From an uncultured Desulfosarcina sp. (GTDB lineage Bacteria; Desulfobacterota; Desulfobacteria; Desulfobacterales; Desulfosarcinaceae), in NCBI GenBank assembly GCA_963674945.2, contig CAXXWQ010000004.1, positions 1,888,001-1,952,000 on the forward strand: a DNA stretch of 64,000 bases, read 5' to 3'. The translations under genes were made by a program, and so were the position numbers. This document shows positions 21,237 through 31,760 of this stretch, one piece after another. Each line of letters opens with the position of its first letter. Position 1 is the stretch's first letter. The notes under the pieces are model-generated. The model had not been told where the DNA came from. It searched no databases and was given only the letters and a program-made list of their open reading frames with translations.

Positions 21237-23915
21237 ATGTCCTCCGATAAGACCGACATACCCCTTTTGCAAACCAAGCTGCACAAGCCGCCTGTGGTTA
21301 CAGACCACCTGCTCCGGCAACAGTTGTTGGACCATCTCAACCGGCACCGGCAAAGGCCGCTGACCCTGGTTTTGGCCCCTGCAGGGTATGGCAAAAGCAC
21401 GCTTGTGAGCTATTGGTTGGATACGTGTGGTACTCCCGGCGGATGGATATCATTAGACGAAAGTGATAACGATCTTCGATCATTTACGGCTTACTTGATA
21501 GCCGCCGTCCAACGTCTTTTCCCCGGGGCATGCCGTAGAACGCAAATCATGATCAACAGTCCAAATCTTCCTCCCCTGAAGAGATTGCGTTCCACATTGA
21601 TCAATGAATTGGATCAAATCGAATCCCCCTGTATCATCGTGCTGGATGATTATCATCTTATCGATGAAACCGCGGTACACGATTTAATGACCGAGTTATT
21701 GAAAAATACCCCGCAATCCTTGCATCTGGTAATCATCGGCCGGCGGGATCCCCTTTTGCCGATTTCCGCGCTCCGTGCCAAGAGTCTTGTCACGGAGATC
21801 CGAACCAGGGATCTGTGTCTAAACCACCTTGAAACCGCAGAATTTTTGAGAATATTGCTTCATCAACGAATCGATTCAAAAATCGCCGCGGCCTTGAGAG
21901 AGAAAACGGAGGGGTGGATAACCGGACTGCATCTGGCTGCCATTTCCCTGCGTCGTATGGATCATCCCGAACCCAAATTGCTCGAAGCGCACTCGGAAGC
22001 CCACTATGTGATGGAATATCTGTTCGACGAGGCCTACGCAAGGCAATCACCGGTTATCAGACAATACCTTTTGGGATGCGCCATTCTGGATCGCTTTTGT
22101 GCATCGTTGTGCGAGGCGGTGTGCCTGCCGGAAACAGAAATGCTTTCATCCAAACTGACCGGCGGGGAGTATATTGCCTGGCTGCAAAAAGAAAACTTGT
22201 TCCTCATCCCACTGGACGCCGAAAACCGGTGGTTTCGCTTACATCATCTGTTTCGAAAACTGCTCTTGGAACAATTAACACATCGTTACAACTCCGAGGA
22301 AATCAACGCCCTCCACGCCAGGGCCAGTGCATGGTATGCCGATGAAGGGTTGATCACGGAAGCCATCCGACATGCTCTGGCGGCCGGTGATGAAACAGGA
22401 GCCGCGCAACTGGTTGTGCAGAATCGACTTGCCGTTTTAGACAATGAAAAATGGTTCGTCCTCGAGAAATGGTTGTCCATGTTACCCGATGCCATTATTC
22501 GGAAACAGCCGGAGCTCTTGATGGCACAGGCGTGGATTCACCATTATCATTACAATTACGGTTTCATCCCACCGATTCTCGATGCCATTGGGTCATTATT
22601 GCACCATCAGCAAGCGGAAGACCTGCTTTACGGAGAGATCTATTATTTCAAAGCTGTATTTTGTCTGAGTCAAGGCAAGGACGCAGAAAGCCTCACACTC
22701 CTGGAAAATTCGATAGAGCGGATTCCTGAGACACAAAACTTTATGCGGGGTTCGGCAGAACTTCATTTCGCAATAGCGGCTCAGATGCAAGGCCAGAAAG
22801 AGAGGGCTGTACATTTACTGACGGACCTGCTTCAAAACCGACAGCTGGGAAATGCACGGAAGGTCCGTGTGCTGTACGCACTTGTTTTCGTGTACATTCT
22901 CTCCGGAAATCTTTCGGTCGCATTTACCCTGAATCAGCAATTAAAAACATTCGCCGCCAGCATCAATTCTACCCACTACATTGCACGGAGTTCATATTTT
23001 TCAGGACTAATCCACTATTGCCGAAATGAATTAGACCTATCCCTTGACCATCTGGGCAAGGGCGCAGAACTCTCCGGCGCCGTTACAACCAGGCTAAACG
23101 TCGACTGTATGGCAGCGCTGGCGTTGACCTATCAGGCAGCGCATCAAACGGACAAGGCCGGTGCAACATTGGAACATCTCGCTGAATTTGTCCGTTTTCT
23201 CAACAACCCGGCCTTGTTGAATATCGTATATTCTTGCAAGATGCATTTGTCGCTGATGAAAGAAAAAGCATCCTTATCACAGGGTCCGGTAAGCAAAAAG
23301 AAAGTACTGCATGAAAAAACCATATATTTCTTTCTGGAGGTTCCAACCCTCACGCATTGTAGAGTACTCATTGAAGACGGATCGGAGGCAAGCCTTCAGG
23401 AAGCTGAGAATATACTCCTAAAACTACTGCGTTTGTGCGAATCGCAGCGCAACACCTTCCAGATGATCTTTATCATGCCTTTCCTGGCATTGGCGTATGA
23501 GAAGCAGAGTCGACGCGACAAGGCCCTGACAGTTCTGGAAGAAGCCGTCAATATGGCATGCCCGGGGGGATTCGTCCGGCCATTTGTCGAAGCGGGTCCG
23601 GATTTGAAAACTCCCTTGAAGCAGCTGGCTGAAAAAAATGTCGCCGTTGCGTATATCGGTCGGATTCTGGCCGCCGTGGCACCAACTGACCGGCAGACGT
23701 CCTCGGTCGCCCTCACACTGGATGGCCACCTGACAAATCGCGAGTATGATATTCTCGAACTGCTGGCAAAGCGGCTGCGAAACAAGGAAATCGCTGAAAA
23801 ACTTTTCATCTCGGCGCATACGGTGAACACGCATCTGAAAAACATCTACCGCAAGCTTGACGCCAAAAGCCGAATAGAAGCCGTTGCCAGGGCCAAAGAC
23901 CTTGGTCTTTTGTGA
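21237..23915 (+). CDS. MalT-like LuxR-family transcriptional regulator (STAND ATPase-TPR-HTH)
   Basis: LLQTKLHKP, APAGYGKSTL, WISLDESDND, VLDDYH, TEGWITGL, C-terminal LTNREYDIL..NKEIAEKLFIS.HTV..HLKNIY.KL. Confidence 0.92.
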   Translation: MSSDKTDIPLLQTKLHKPPVVTDHLLRQQLLDHLNRHRQRPLTLVLAPAGYGKSTLVSYWLDTCGTPGGWISLDESDNDLRSFTAYLIAAVQRLFPGACRRTQIMINSPNLPPLKRLRSTLINELDQIESPCIIVLDDYHLIDETAVHDLMTELLKNTPQSLHLVIIGRRDPLLPISALRAKSLVTEIRTRDLCLNHLETAEFLRILLHQRIDSKIAAALREKTEGWITGLHLAAISLRRMDHPEPKLLEAHSEAHYVMEYLFDEAYARQSPVIRQYLLGCAILDRFCASLCEAVCLPETEMLSSKLTGGEYIAWLQKENLFLIPLDAENRWFRLHHLFRKLLLEQLTHRYNSEEINALHARASAWYADEGLITEAIRHALAAGDETGAAQLVVQNRLAVLDNEKWFVLEKWLSMLPDAIIRKQPELLMAQAWIHHYHYNYGFIPPILDAIGSLLHHQQAEDLLYGEIYYFKAVFCLSQGKDAESLTLLENSIERIPETQNFMRGSAELHFAIAAQMQGQKERAVHLLTDLLQNRQLGNARKVRVLYALVFVYILSGNLSVAFTLNQQLKTFAASINSTHYIARSSYFSGLIHYCRNELDLSLDHLGKGAELSGAVTTRLNVDCMAALALTYQAAHQTDKAGATLEHLAEFVRFLNNPALLNIVYSCKMHLSLMKEKASLSQGPVSKKKVLHEKTIYFFLEVPTLTHCRVLIEDGSEASLQEAENILLKLLRLCESQRNTFQMIFIMPFLALAYEKQSRRDKALTVLEEAVNMACPGGFVRPFVEAGPDLKTPLKQLAEKNVAVAYIGRILAAVAPTDRQTSSVALTLDGHLTNREYDILELLAKRLRNKEIAEKLFISAHTVNTHLKNIYRKLDAKSRIEAVARAKDLGLL

Positions 23916-24020
23916 CCAGACCGCCGACACATTTTTTACAGAGGTCTTTCCACCTGATTTTTTCCTTTTCCCCTACCATCGCCGGTACTTTTACAGCACC
24001 CGATTCTACCGGATCGAAAT

Positions 24021-24056
24021 AAATATCCCTTAAAAATACCCTGGGATGAGGGATGA
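24021..24056 (+). promoter_or_regulatory. putative operator for the MalT-like regulator
   Basis: AAATATCCCT/AAATACCCT direct repeats followed by GGGATGA twice; ATCCCT..AGGGAT dyad; lies between the regulator and its small partner gene. Confidence 0.4.
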
Positions 24057-24137
24057 AACGTCCATCAAATTGCATTAGGGAACCCAACTGAATGATTGAA
24101 GCAAGGCGAACCGGTCAAGGGGGAGGTGACCTAAACC

Positions 24138-24416
24138 GTGCAATCGGAATTCATCGAAAAATCCAACGGTTTTTCAATGCCGGCCACATACAGCATCCAC
24201 GTCGAGGGATTGCTGGATGAGCGTTGGCCTGAACGGCTTGGCGGTATGAATGTCGAGACGATCAAAGAGAATCATCTGCCCCTTATGACAGTACTGAGCG
24301 GTCGATTGACGGATCAGGCGGAACTGCTCGGCGTGTTGAATGCTCTCTATAATCTTCGGGTAACATTATTGGCTGTCAGGCGCCAGGATGAACCGCAAAC
24401 GAAAAAGTATCGGTAG
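24138..24416 (+). CDS. small conserved protein typically adjacent to MalT-like regulators
   Basis: YSIHVEGLL..W...G...TVLSG.L.DQAELLGVL..L..L...LL.V pattern; GGAGGT RBS. Confidence 0.75.
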   Translation: MQSEFIEKSNGFSMPATYSIHVEGLLDERWPERLGGMNVETIKENHLPLMTVLSGRLTDQAELLGVLNALYNLRVTLLAVRRQDEPQTKKYR

Positions 24417-24422
24417 AAACGC

Positions 24423-25829
24423 ATGCGAAATACACCAGCCCCCAACATCCTTTTGGTAGAAGACGACGCACCGACGAAAGACAGTGTTTGTGGCCTTCTT
24501 CGTTCATACGGCTATCATGCCCAAACGAGCAATAACCTGCATAGTACCTTGGATCACATTTCCAACACAGTCTATGATCTCATCGTGATAGACCTTCAAA
24601 TGGAAGATCGAAACGGATTTGCCGTCATGGACCATATGAAAAAAAATGAGATCGATTCCCGTGTCATCGTAATCGCCGGAGAACAGTCCGAAAAAGAAGT
24701 GATCACTGCCTTTAAAAAAGGGGCTTTTGACTGTTTTACAAAACCTCTTGCGCCGGATGAACTCATTGAATCGACCCAAAAAGCAATCGATTCCATCAAG
24801 CAGCAGCGTAAAAACAAATGGATGCTGAATACCATCCTTGCCAGCCGGGAGCGATATCGCAGTGTCGTCGACCGTCAAAAAGAGTATGTTCTCCTGTTGG
24901 ATAAAGACTACAAGATTTCCTTCATTAACAGAACGTACGCGGACTATTTGGGGTCCGAGCCAAAAGAACTGGTCGGCTGTCGCTATAAAACCCTGGCCCA
25001 GAAATCAACCCATACCCTTCTGTTCAGTACGCTTGACGATGTAAGAGCCGGTTCAACAGCCATGACTGTTGCGTTTCAGGTACTTGACACAAAAGGACGA
25101 AAACAATGGCAGGAATGGGATTTTAGTGGAATTTCAGGTAACAACGGGCAAGTGTGTGAAATCCACTGTGTTGGACGGGATATAACCGAACAGATGATTC
25201 GGACGGATAAAATCGATGGTAAAAAGGAAAAATTTCGCCAAATCGCTGCGTCTACCAGTGATTGGCTGTGGGAAATTGACGAGAACAATCTCTATACCTA
25301 CGTGAGTCCGGTGGTGTTTGGTCTTTTGGGCTATCGACCGGAAGAGTTGATCGGTAAAAGTCCTTTCGATTTCATGCCTGCAAATGAAGCAAAGCGGATG
25401 AAACGAATCTTTCAGGAATCAAAGGCAGTGGGAAAACCATTCGTAAACATCGAAAATATTAATCTGCATAAAAATGGCTCCAAAATAGCCCTGAGGACCA
25501 ATGGTGTGCCGATTTTTGACCCATCGGGGGCGGTCATTGGGTATCGTGGAATAGACCGCAACGTTACAGTCAGAAAAATGGCAGAGGAAAGTCTTTCCAA
25601 AAGGGCAACCTGCCGAAAAAATCTGTCCATAATGGACGGCAGAAGATCAGATCGCCTGATTCCCATCTGTACGTCATGCAAGATGGTCAGAGATGGAAAC
25701 AATTCCTGGAACCAGATTGAGGACTACATGGAAGATCACTTCAACTTTGCGTTCAGCCGTGGCATTTGCCCTGAGTGTGTAAAAAAATGGTATCCGGAGG
25801 TGTTTGTGAGCGAAGAAATGGAAGGATAG
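24423..25829 (+). CDS. response regulator: REC-PAS-PAS with C-terminal CxxC...CxxC domain
   Basis: ILLVEDD, DLIVID; two PAS/PAC segments; IPICTSCK.VRD...W...E.Y...H...GICPEC. Confidence 0.85.
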   Translation: MRNTPAPNILLVEDDAPTKDSVCGLLRSYGYHAQTSNNLHSTLDHISNTVYDLIVIDLQMEDRNGFAVMDHMKKNEIDSRVIVIAGEQSEKEVITAFKKGAFDCFTKPLAPDELIESTQKAIDSIKQQRKNKWMLNTILASRERYRSVVDRQKEYVLLLDKDYKISFINRTYADYLGSEPKELVGCRYKTLAQKSTHTLLFSTLDDVRAGSTAMTVAFQVLDTKGRKQWQEWDFSGISGNNGQVCEIHCVGRDITEQMIRTDKIDGKKEKFRQIAASTSDWLWEIDENNLYTYVSPVVFGLLGYRPEELIGKSPFDFMPANEAKRMKRIFQESKAVGKPFVNIENINLHKNGSKIALRTNGVPIFDPSGAVIGYRGIDRNVTVRKMAEESLSKRATCRKNLSIMDGRRSDRLIPICTSCKMVRDGNNSWNQIEDYMEDHFNFAFSRGICPECVKKWYPEVFVSEEMEG

Positions 25830-25905
25830 CCAACCTCCCGACAAATCGGTTCACAACGGATCAACCGCCTCATTTCCGGCACAACGCACGGAGAGAACCC
25901 TATAA

Positions 25906-26700
25906 CTACTCATTTCTCGGCTGCAAAAGCAGTCTTTCGCCCCTGCCAAAGCAGCGCTTCCGCACGAGGTATACAACAAGAAAGGATCCGATGGCCGTGG
26001 ATCCCACCAGCATGACCATCACCATGATTTGGTACCGGACGGCCTGAAGCGGATCGGCGCCGGCCAGAATCTGCCCGGTCATCATACCTGGAATGAAGAC
26101 GATACCGACGGTCATCATGGAATTGATCGACGGAATCATTCCGGCCCGCATGGCGGTGCCGAGTATCTTATTGCTGGCCTCTTTGTAATCCGCGCCCAGG
26201 CAAAGCAGCGCCTCTACTTCGTTCCGGCGCTTTCGAAGCTCACCCAGCAGCCGTTCCAGTGCGATTGCGGTGGCGTTCATGGAATTGCCGATCACCATCC
26301 CACCCAAAGGGATAAAATACTGCGGCTTCCACCAGGGCTTGACTCCGACCACCACGGCCGTCACCATATAGGAAACAATGATATAACTGACCACCATGGA
26401 AATGAACAGCGGCCAGAAAAACGTCACCTGTTTTTCTTTAATCCGGTTTCGAATTTCCCAGGCGGCAAAAAAGATCATGAAACCAAACACGGCCAGGACC
26501 AACACCGCGTCGTCCAGCTTGAAAATGAAGATGAGGATATAACCGAGAGCAAACAGCTGGACAAAAGTTCTGACAGTCCCCACCAGCAGGTCTTTTTCCA
26601 GTTTGAGCGCATGTACCAGAGAGGTGATACCGGCCACCAGTATGAAGACGAGCCCGAAAGCCAATTGCCCGATACCGATTGAGACGATCTCCGGTGTCAT
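25906..26700 (-). CDS. fetB: FetB/YbbM-like ABC permease
   Basis: R.FVQL...GYIL, YFIPLGGMVIGNSMN, GIVFIPGMMTGQILAGADPLQAVRYQI. Confidence 0.88.
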   Translation of the reverse strand: MTPEIVSIGIGQLAFGLVFILVAGITSLVHALKLEKDLLVGTVRTFVQLFALGYILIFIFKLDDAVLVLAVFGFMIFFAAWEIRNRIKEKQVTFFWPLFISMVVSYIIVSYMVTAVVVGVKPWWKPQYFIPLGGMVIGNSMNATAIALERLLGELRKRRNEVEALLCLGADYKEASNKILGTAMRAGMIPSINSMMTVGIVFIPGMMTGQILAGADPLQAVRYQIMVMVMLVGSTAIGSFLVVYLVRKRCFGRGERLLLQPRNE

Positions 26701-27374
26701 GGGACGACCTCCGCGCAACCATCACCAATCTCAAGCACCTTGGGCTTGACAAATCTGGATTCAAACCTTCGATGGCTTACCATCAGCACCGTCAAACCCG
26801 ATTCCGAACACAATCTCTCCGCGGTTTCCTCCACAATCCGGGCACTTACTTCATCCAGGGCGCTGGCCGGCTCGTCTAACAGGAGCACCTTCGGATTCAG
26901 CAGCAATCCCCTCAAAAAGCACAGGCGTTGAAGCTGGCCAACGGAAAGTGTCAACGCATGCGTATCCAGAGATATGTCGTGTAAAAGAAATCGATCCAGA
27001 AGAGATCTGAGTTCATCATCGTCCGGCGGTTTCAGATCGCGGTTGTTTTTGAAAGAGAATGCCAAAAGCAGGTTCTCACGAACCGTTGCGTCAACGGAGG
27101 TCGGTGTCTGTTGAACGTAGAGAATCGACCGGCGAAGCAACGGAGGACTGTACGACGTAAGTTGACGGCCCTCGTACATCAGATGGCCGTGTGACGGTTC
27201 CTCCAGCCGATTGATCAGACGCAACAATGTAGATTTCCCTGAACCGGAAGGACCGCGCACCAGGTAAAAGGTGCCGCCTGCCAACTGCAGCGAAAAATTC
27301 CGAAAAAGATCCTTTCCCCCGGCGTAAGAAAAGCCGACCTCTGAAAACTCGATCATCGTGATGCTGTTTCCCAT
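26697..27374 (-). CDS. fetA: FetA/YbbL-like ABC ATP-binding protein
   Basis: [28 protein letters not shown]; translationally coupled to fetB. Confidence 0.85.
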   Translation of the reverse strand: MGNSITMIEFSEVGFSYAGGKDLFRNFSLQLAGGTFYLVRGPSGSGKSTLLRLINRLEEPSHGHLMYEGRQLTSYSPPLLRRSILYVQQTPTSVDATVRENLLLAFSFKNNRDLKPPDDDELRSLLDRFLLHDISLDTHALTLSVGQLQRLCFLRGLLLNPKVLLLDEPASALDEVSARIVEETAERLCSESGLTVLMVSHRRFESRFVKPKVLEIGDGCAEVVP

Positions 27375-27566
27375 GATTTTTCTATCAGATATTGTATTTC
27401 ATCATCATCGGTTTTTCAATTCATGAACCGTCTGTATTGAACGATATTAGTATGACAAGGAAGCGGTCGTTTTCAACACGACAACACATTTATTTTGTGT
27501 TGCCGTTGTTCAAAACGACCGTCTTGATCTGAAACAAGTATTTGCACCATGAATGTGGAGATCATC

Positions 27567-28858
27567 ATGTTACAACGGTTGAACTTAAAATGGAAAGTAC
27601 TGGCGATAATTGCGACGGGTCCACTGGTCATCGCCGTTATTTTTTCCTGGTATCGGGTCGGCGACATCCGCAACGGCGCCGAGAACGCCATCGTCGCGAA
27701 AAGCGAGGCCATCGTCCTGATGGCGGAGGCAACGCGGCAGGAGATGTCCAAAAAGCGAGAATCCGGTATCATGCGCCCCTTTGATGAAATCGACGAGTCA
27801 AAGGTCCTGCAGGCGGTTCCCGTCATCACCGCGATAAACACGGCAGCGATCAACGCGCAAAAGGCGACCTGTCCGAGACCCTTTCCGTGAAAAACAGCGA
27901 TGAAATCGGCAAGATGGCCCAAAGCCTCAATGAAATGGCTGTTAATCTCCGCGGCATGATCCAGGAGATCTCCGCAAGTGGCGAAGAACTGGTCGGTTCG
28001 GCAGAGGGATTGGACTTTGTTTCCCGCTCTCTGGCCGAAGGATCGGAAAATACCGCCGGACGGTCCAATACGGTGGCCGTCGCAGCAGAAGAAATGAGTT
28101 CGAACATGAATACGGTCGCTGCCGCCATGGAGCAGGCCGCCACCAATGTCGGCATCGTCGCCACGGCCACCGAGGAGATGAATCGGACCATCAACGATAT
28201 TTCCGGAAAAGCGGAAAATGCCAAAGACACGACGGAAAATGCCGTTATCCGTGCACGCAATGCCTCTGAAAAGATCAACGAACTCGGAAAGGCGGCCACC
28301 TTGATCGGCCGTGTCACCGAAACCATCACCGAGATTTCGGAACAGACCAACCTTCTGGCATTGAATGCTACCATCGAAGCCGCCCGGGCGGGAGAAGCCG
28401 GCAAGGGGTTCGCCGTTGTCGCCAATGAGATCAAGGAACTGGCCAAGCAGACCTCCGCCGCGACCGATGAAATCAGGCAAACCATTTTGGACATTCAGGA
28501 TTCCACCAGCCAATCGGTGGCCGATATCGAAGACGTCACCGCCATCATCGACAAAGTCAACCACACTGTATTGGAGATCGCCACGGCCATGGAAGAACAG
28601 GCCCGGACGACCCGTGAAATTTCGGATAACGTCGGTCAAGCGTCCCTGGGAATCCAGGAGGTCAATGAGAATGTTTCCCAAAGTTCCGCGGTTTCCTCGG
28701 AAATCGCCCGGGATATCGTCGAAGTCAACCAGTCCGCCAATGACATGCGGGAGAACAGCAGCCAACTGGATGCCAACGCCAAAAGACTGATCGACGTATC
28801 CGACAAGATGATCGCCCGCGTTACGAAATTCACTCTGGAAGGCGAATCGGAAGGGTGA
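27567..28858 (+). pseudogene. methyl-accepting chemotaxis protein with internal deletion and frameshift
   Basis: TM1 and start of the periplasmic domain (..[18 protein letters not shown]) join out of frame at about 27860-27866 to mid-[21 protein letters not shown]; intact signalling domain [27 protein letters not shown] follows. Confidence 0.85.
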
Positions 28859-30269
28859 TCACCGCTTGCGCACCACCCGATGAACGGTTGTGCAGCCCGA
28901 TATGACCGCCATGCAAATGGGCCACCTGTTTGACGAGATTGAGTCCCAGTCCGGTACTCTTGCGGCCGCTGTCCTGGCGCCGCAAGGAGTAAAATTTATC
29001 GAAGACCTTTTTCAGGGCGTACGCGGGTATACCTGCGCCGTTGTCTTCGATCCGAATTTGCACGGTTTTACCGCTATATTTCACGGAGATGGCGATCTCT
29101 CCGGAAGGATGGCAAAAATCGATGGCATTTTGCACAAGGTTTGCCACTGCCTGGTGAAGCCAGAAGGCATCGCCGAAAATTTCCGTCTTCCCGGCAATAT
29201 CCACGGTCACGGCGATGTGCTTGGCCACGAAAAGCGATTGTTTGCTTTGGATCACGTCATTGACAATGGTTTCCAGATTGACCCTTTCCCGCCGGGCGAG
29301 GGCCTGCTTGTTTTCCAGGCCCGAAAGCATGAGCATCCGGTCGACGATATTTTGAATCCGGTTGGCTTCGGTGCGAATGTGGGTCAAAAAACGTTTGCGC
29401 TGCGTTACGGGTACATCTTCTTCCAGCAGTTCGGCCGAGGCGCGGATGGCGGACAAGGGGCTTTTCACCTCATGGGTTAGCTGCTGCACATAGCGCTCCA
29501 CGTATGCCTTTCCCTCCAGTGTTTTCTGCATCTTCTGCAGCGCCCTGCCCATGATGCCGATTTCGGTGCGGTCCAGTCGCGGAAAACCGGCGCGTCGCCC
29601 GTCGGATACGGCATTGGCATAGTCGGTCATGCGCTGGATGGGCCGCGTGATCCATAATGCCACCAGGTAGCCCAGCACGATGGCAATGAGTCCGAAAAAC
29701 GCAACCACCTTGATGATGCGGGGTTTGGCCTGTTTTACGAAACTGTTGATGTTGGTGGTGGGCTTTGCCACACTCAAGACGCCTGCGATCTTACCATCCA
29801 CCATGATCGGCGCTGCCACGAAGAGCACCGAGGATGTGGGATCATCCGGATCGGAAAGGCTGGTTCGCGCACCATACGTTCCCTCGAGGGTCAAGCTGAC
29901 GTCTCGCCAATGTCTGAAATCGGCGCCGATCAAGCCGGGATCGCGGGAGTGAAACCGCACGATTCCCTGGGAATCGGTGATGTAGACGGCCGAATCCACG
30001 GCTGTTTTTGCAAGATGGTAAATGTTGACATCCAAAGAGCGCCGGTAGATGCCTGCGAAGGCATCGTAAAACGCCTCGGGATCGAATTGGTGGTCTGCCA
30101 TCATCTGCCCCACCACACCGGCCAGGATATTGGCCTGATCCACGAGGGGATCCTCCACGCCTTCCAGATAGCGGGTACGGAGCGTGTCCAGTACCCATCC
30201 CACGGGAAAAGCGAAACAGATGCAGAAAATGATCAGATAACAGCCGAAAATACGGATTCCGAGTTTCAT
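28830..30269 (-). CDS. creC: two-component sensor histidine kinase CreC
   Basis: E..LVD.ANILA, YITD..G.V.F.S, G.DF..W.DV.LTL.G.YGART, VAAPI...[26 protein letters not shown]. Confidence 0.92.
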   Translation of the reverse strand: MKLGIRIFGCYLIIFCICFAFPVGWVLDTLRTRYLEGVEDPLVDQANILAGVVGQMMADHQFDPEAFYDAFAGIYRRSLDVNIYHLAKTAVDSAVYITDSQGIVRFHSRDPGLIGADFRHWRDVSLTLEGTYGARTSLSDPDDPTSSVLFVAAPIMVDGKIAGVLSVAKPTTNINSFVKQAKPRIIKVVAFFGLIAIVLGYLVALWITRPIQRMTDYANAVSDGRRAGFPRLDRTEIGIMGRALQKMQKTLEGKAYVERYVQQLTHEVKSPLSAIRASAELLEEDVPVTQRKRFLTHIRTEANRIQNIVDRMLMLSGLENKQALARRERVNLETIVNDVIQSKQSLFVAKHIAVTVDIAGKTEIFGDAFWLHQAVANLVQNAIDFCHPSGEIAISVKYSGKTVQIRIEDNGAGIPAYALKKVFDKFYSLRRQDSGRKSTGLGLNLVKQVAHLHGGHIGLHNRSSGGAQAVITLPIRLPE

Positions 30270-30955
30270 GACGGCGTGATATCTTCCTTCAATGCGTAGC
30301 CGGTGCCGCGGTGGGTGATGATGGGGTCGAGACCCTGCCGGACGCTTTTCAGCTTTGCCCTCAGATTCTTGATGTGGGCATCCACCGTGCGATCCATGCT
30401 GGCTTCGGGTTCATCCCATACGGCGGTCATGAGGTGTTCCCGGGTAAAAACCTGTCCGGGACGATGGATCAGGGTCCGCAGCAGTTCGAATTCGGTACGG
30501 GACAGTTCGAGAGGTCTGCCGAAGTAGTGGATGCGGCGCTTGGTGTCGTCCACGCCCCAGACGTCTTGTGGGCATGCTTCGTCCGGGCCGTTCGATCGGG
30601 TGCGGCGCAAAACCGCCTTGACGCGGGCGGTCAGCTCCCGGGGGCTGAAAGGTTTGACGACGTAGTCGTCACCGCCGATTTCCAGCCCGACGACCCGGTC
30701 CACCTCCTCATCCCGGGCCGTGAGGAAAATGATGGGCAGGGCGCTCTCCCGACGAATCTTCTTGCACAGCTCGAAACCGTTGATGTCCGGCAGGCCGATG
30801 TCCAGAATGATCAGATCGATTCCACCCGTGGCCACCTGCTGCAACGCCTCCTGTCCGGTGGGAACGGGAACCGGCGTAAACCCTTCGGTTTCCAGGGCAT
30901 ATTGGATGGTATCGGCGATGGCCGGTTCATCTTCCACAATCAGTATGTTTGCCAT
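30266..30955 (-). CDS. creB: two-component response regulator CreB (OmpR family)
   Basis: ILIVEDEPAIADTI.YALE.EGF, LDIGLPDINGFEL, DRTVDAHIK.LRAKL, ITHRG.GY; coupled to creC. Confidence 0.9.
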   Translation of the reverse strand: MANILIVEDEPAIADTIQYALETEGFTPVPVPTGQEALQQVATGGIDLIILDIGLPDINGFELCKKIRRESALPIIFLTARDEEVDRVVGLEIGGDDYVVKPFSPRELTARVKAVLRRTRSNGPDEACPQDVWGVDDTKRRIHYFGRPLELSRTEFELLRTLIHRPGQVFTREHLMTAVWDEPEASMDRTVDAHIKNLRAKLKSVRQGLDPIITHRGTGYALKEDITPS

Positions 30956-31748
30956 CGAATACATTCCTGTTTCCATAACGATCCACAAGCCGCCTCATCA
31001 CCACAACGACGATCCACAGGATGACGGCGGACGCCACCACCATCAAACAATGCTTGCCGAATGCAGGCGGCGGTCGCCGAAATACCAAATTTACCGCCGG
31101 CACCCCCACGGCACCGAGAAGATACCACCCGAGAGGCAGCCAGGAGGGCCAAATGAGGTGATTACTCCGGCAGCAGGGTTCGAAGTGCGCTGCGAAAGAA
31201 TCTATTATCGGAGCAAGCCCCTTGAAAAACAACCCCAAAGCGCCCAGGTAGAGCCAGACACCCACCAAGCGGTGAAGGGCGGCAGGCGAAAGCCAGGTGT
31301 TGTAGATGTCCGCCCGGTAGAGCGCCATACTGACTGCGATCCGCAAGGTATTGGTTCCCAGGGTGCAGATATAGGCACCGAAAAACGAAAAGGCCAACCA
31401 TGCTGCCAGCACGGAAAAACGTCGCAGCCGGGCCAGACCGCAAAAAACGGCCAGGGCGAAGGCCATGATCACGAAATTGACCCCGGCGCAGGCCGGCGCG
31501 ATGACGATCCCCCGACTGAAATCCACATACCCGACCCCGGCCTCCCAGACCGGATCGGTGCCGGTGAGAAGGGCCAACAAACGGGCGGTGGGCAAGAGGA
31601 TCCACAACAGCTGTTCGGGACCGGCCATGCTGTAATGGCGTTTTAGCATCACCATCACAACCATGGCCATCATCGCTATCAGCAGCCGGTTTGTCCGGCT
31701 GTGGAAGAGGATCATGTCTGATCTTTCATCGGTGATCGAAAGATCCAT
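30927..31748 (-). CDS. xrtK: exosortase, XrtK-like
   Basis: Multi-TM protein; LK.HYS.A....L.WIL.PTA.L start; IAPACAGVNF (Cys), N.LRIAVS (Arg), LHRLVG (His) triad. Confidence 0.82.
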   Translation of the reverse strand: MDLSITDERSDMILFHSRTNRLLIAMMAMVVMVMLKRHYSMAGPEQLLWILLPTARLLALLTGTDPVWEAGVGYVDFSRGIVIAPACAGVNFVIMAFALAVFCGLARLRRFSVLAAWLAFSFFGAYICTLGTNTLRIAVSMALYRADIYNTWLSPAALHRLVGVWLYLGALGLFFKGLAPIIDSFAAHFEPCCRSNHLIWPSWLPLGWYLLGAVGVPAVNLVFRRPPPAFGKHCLMVVASAVILWIVVVVMRRLVDRYGNRNVFDGKHTDCGR

Positions 31749-31760
31749 TTTTTCCTCCCT

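Noticed and set aside
27855..27890. Programmed ribosomal frameshift in the split MCP
   Set aside because: No slippery heptamer, and shifting frame would not restore the missing TM2 and sensor domain
27473..28765. 430-aa antisense ORF (similarly 45569-46603 and 32802-33821)
   Set aside because: Mirror frames of the MCP and VIT genes with no motifs of their own
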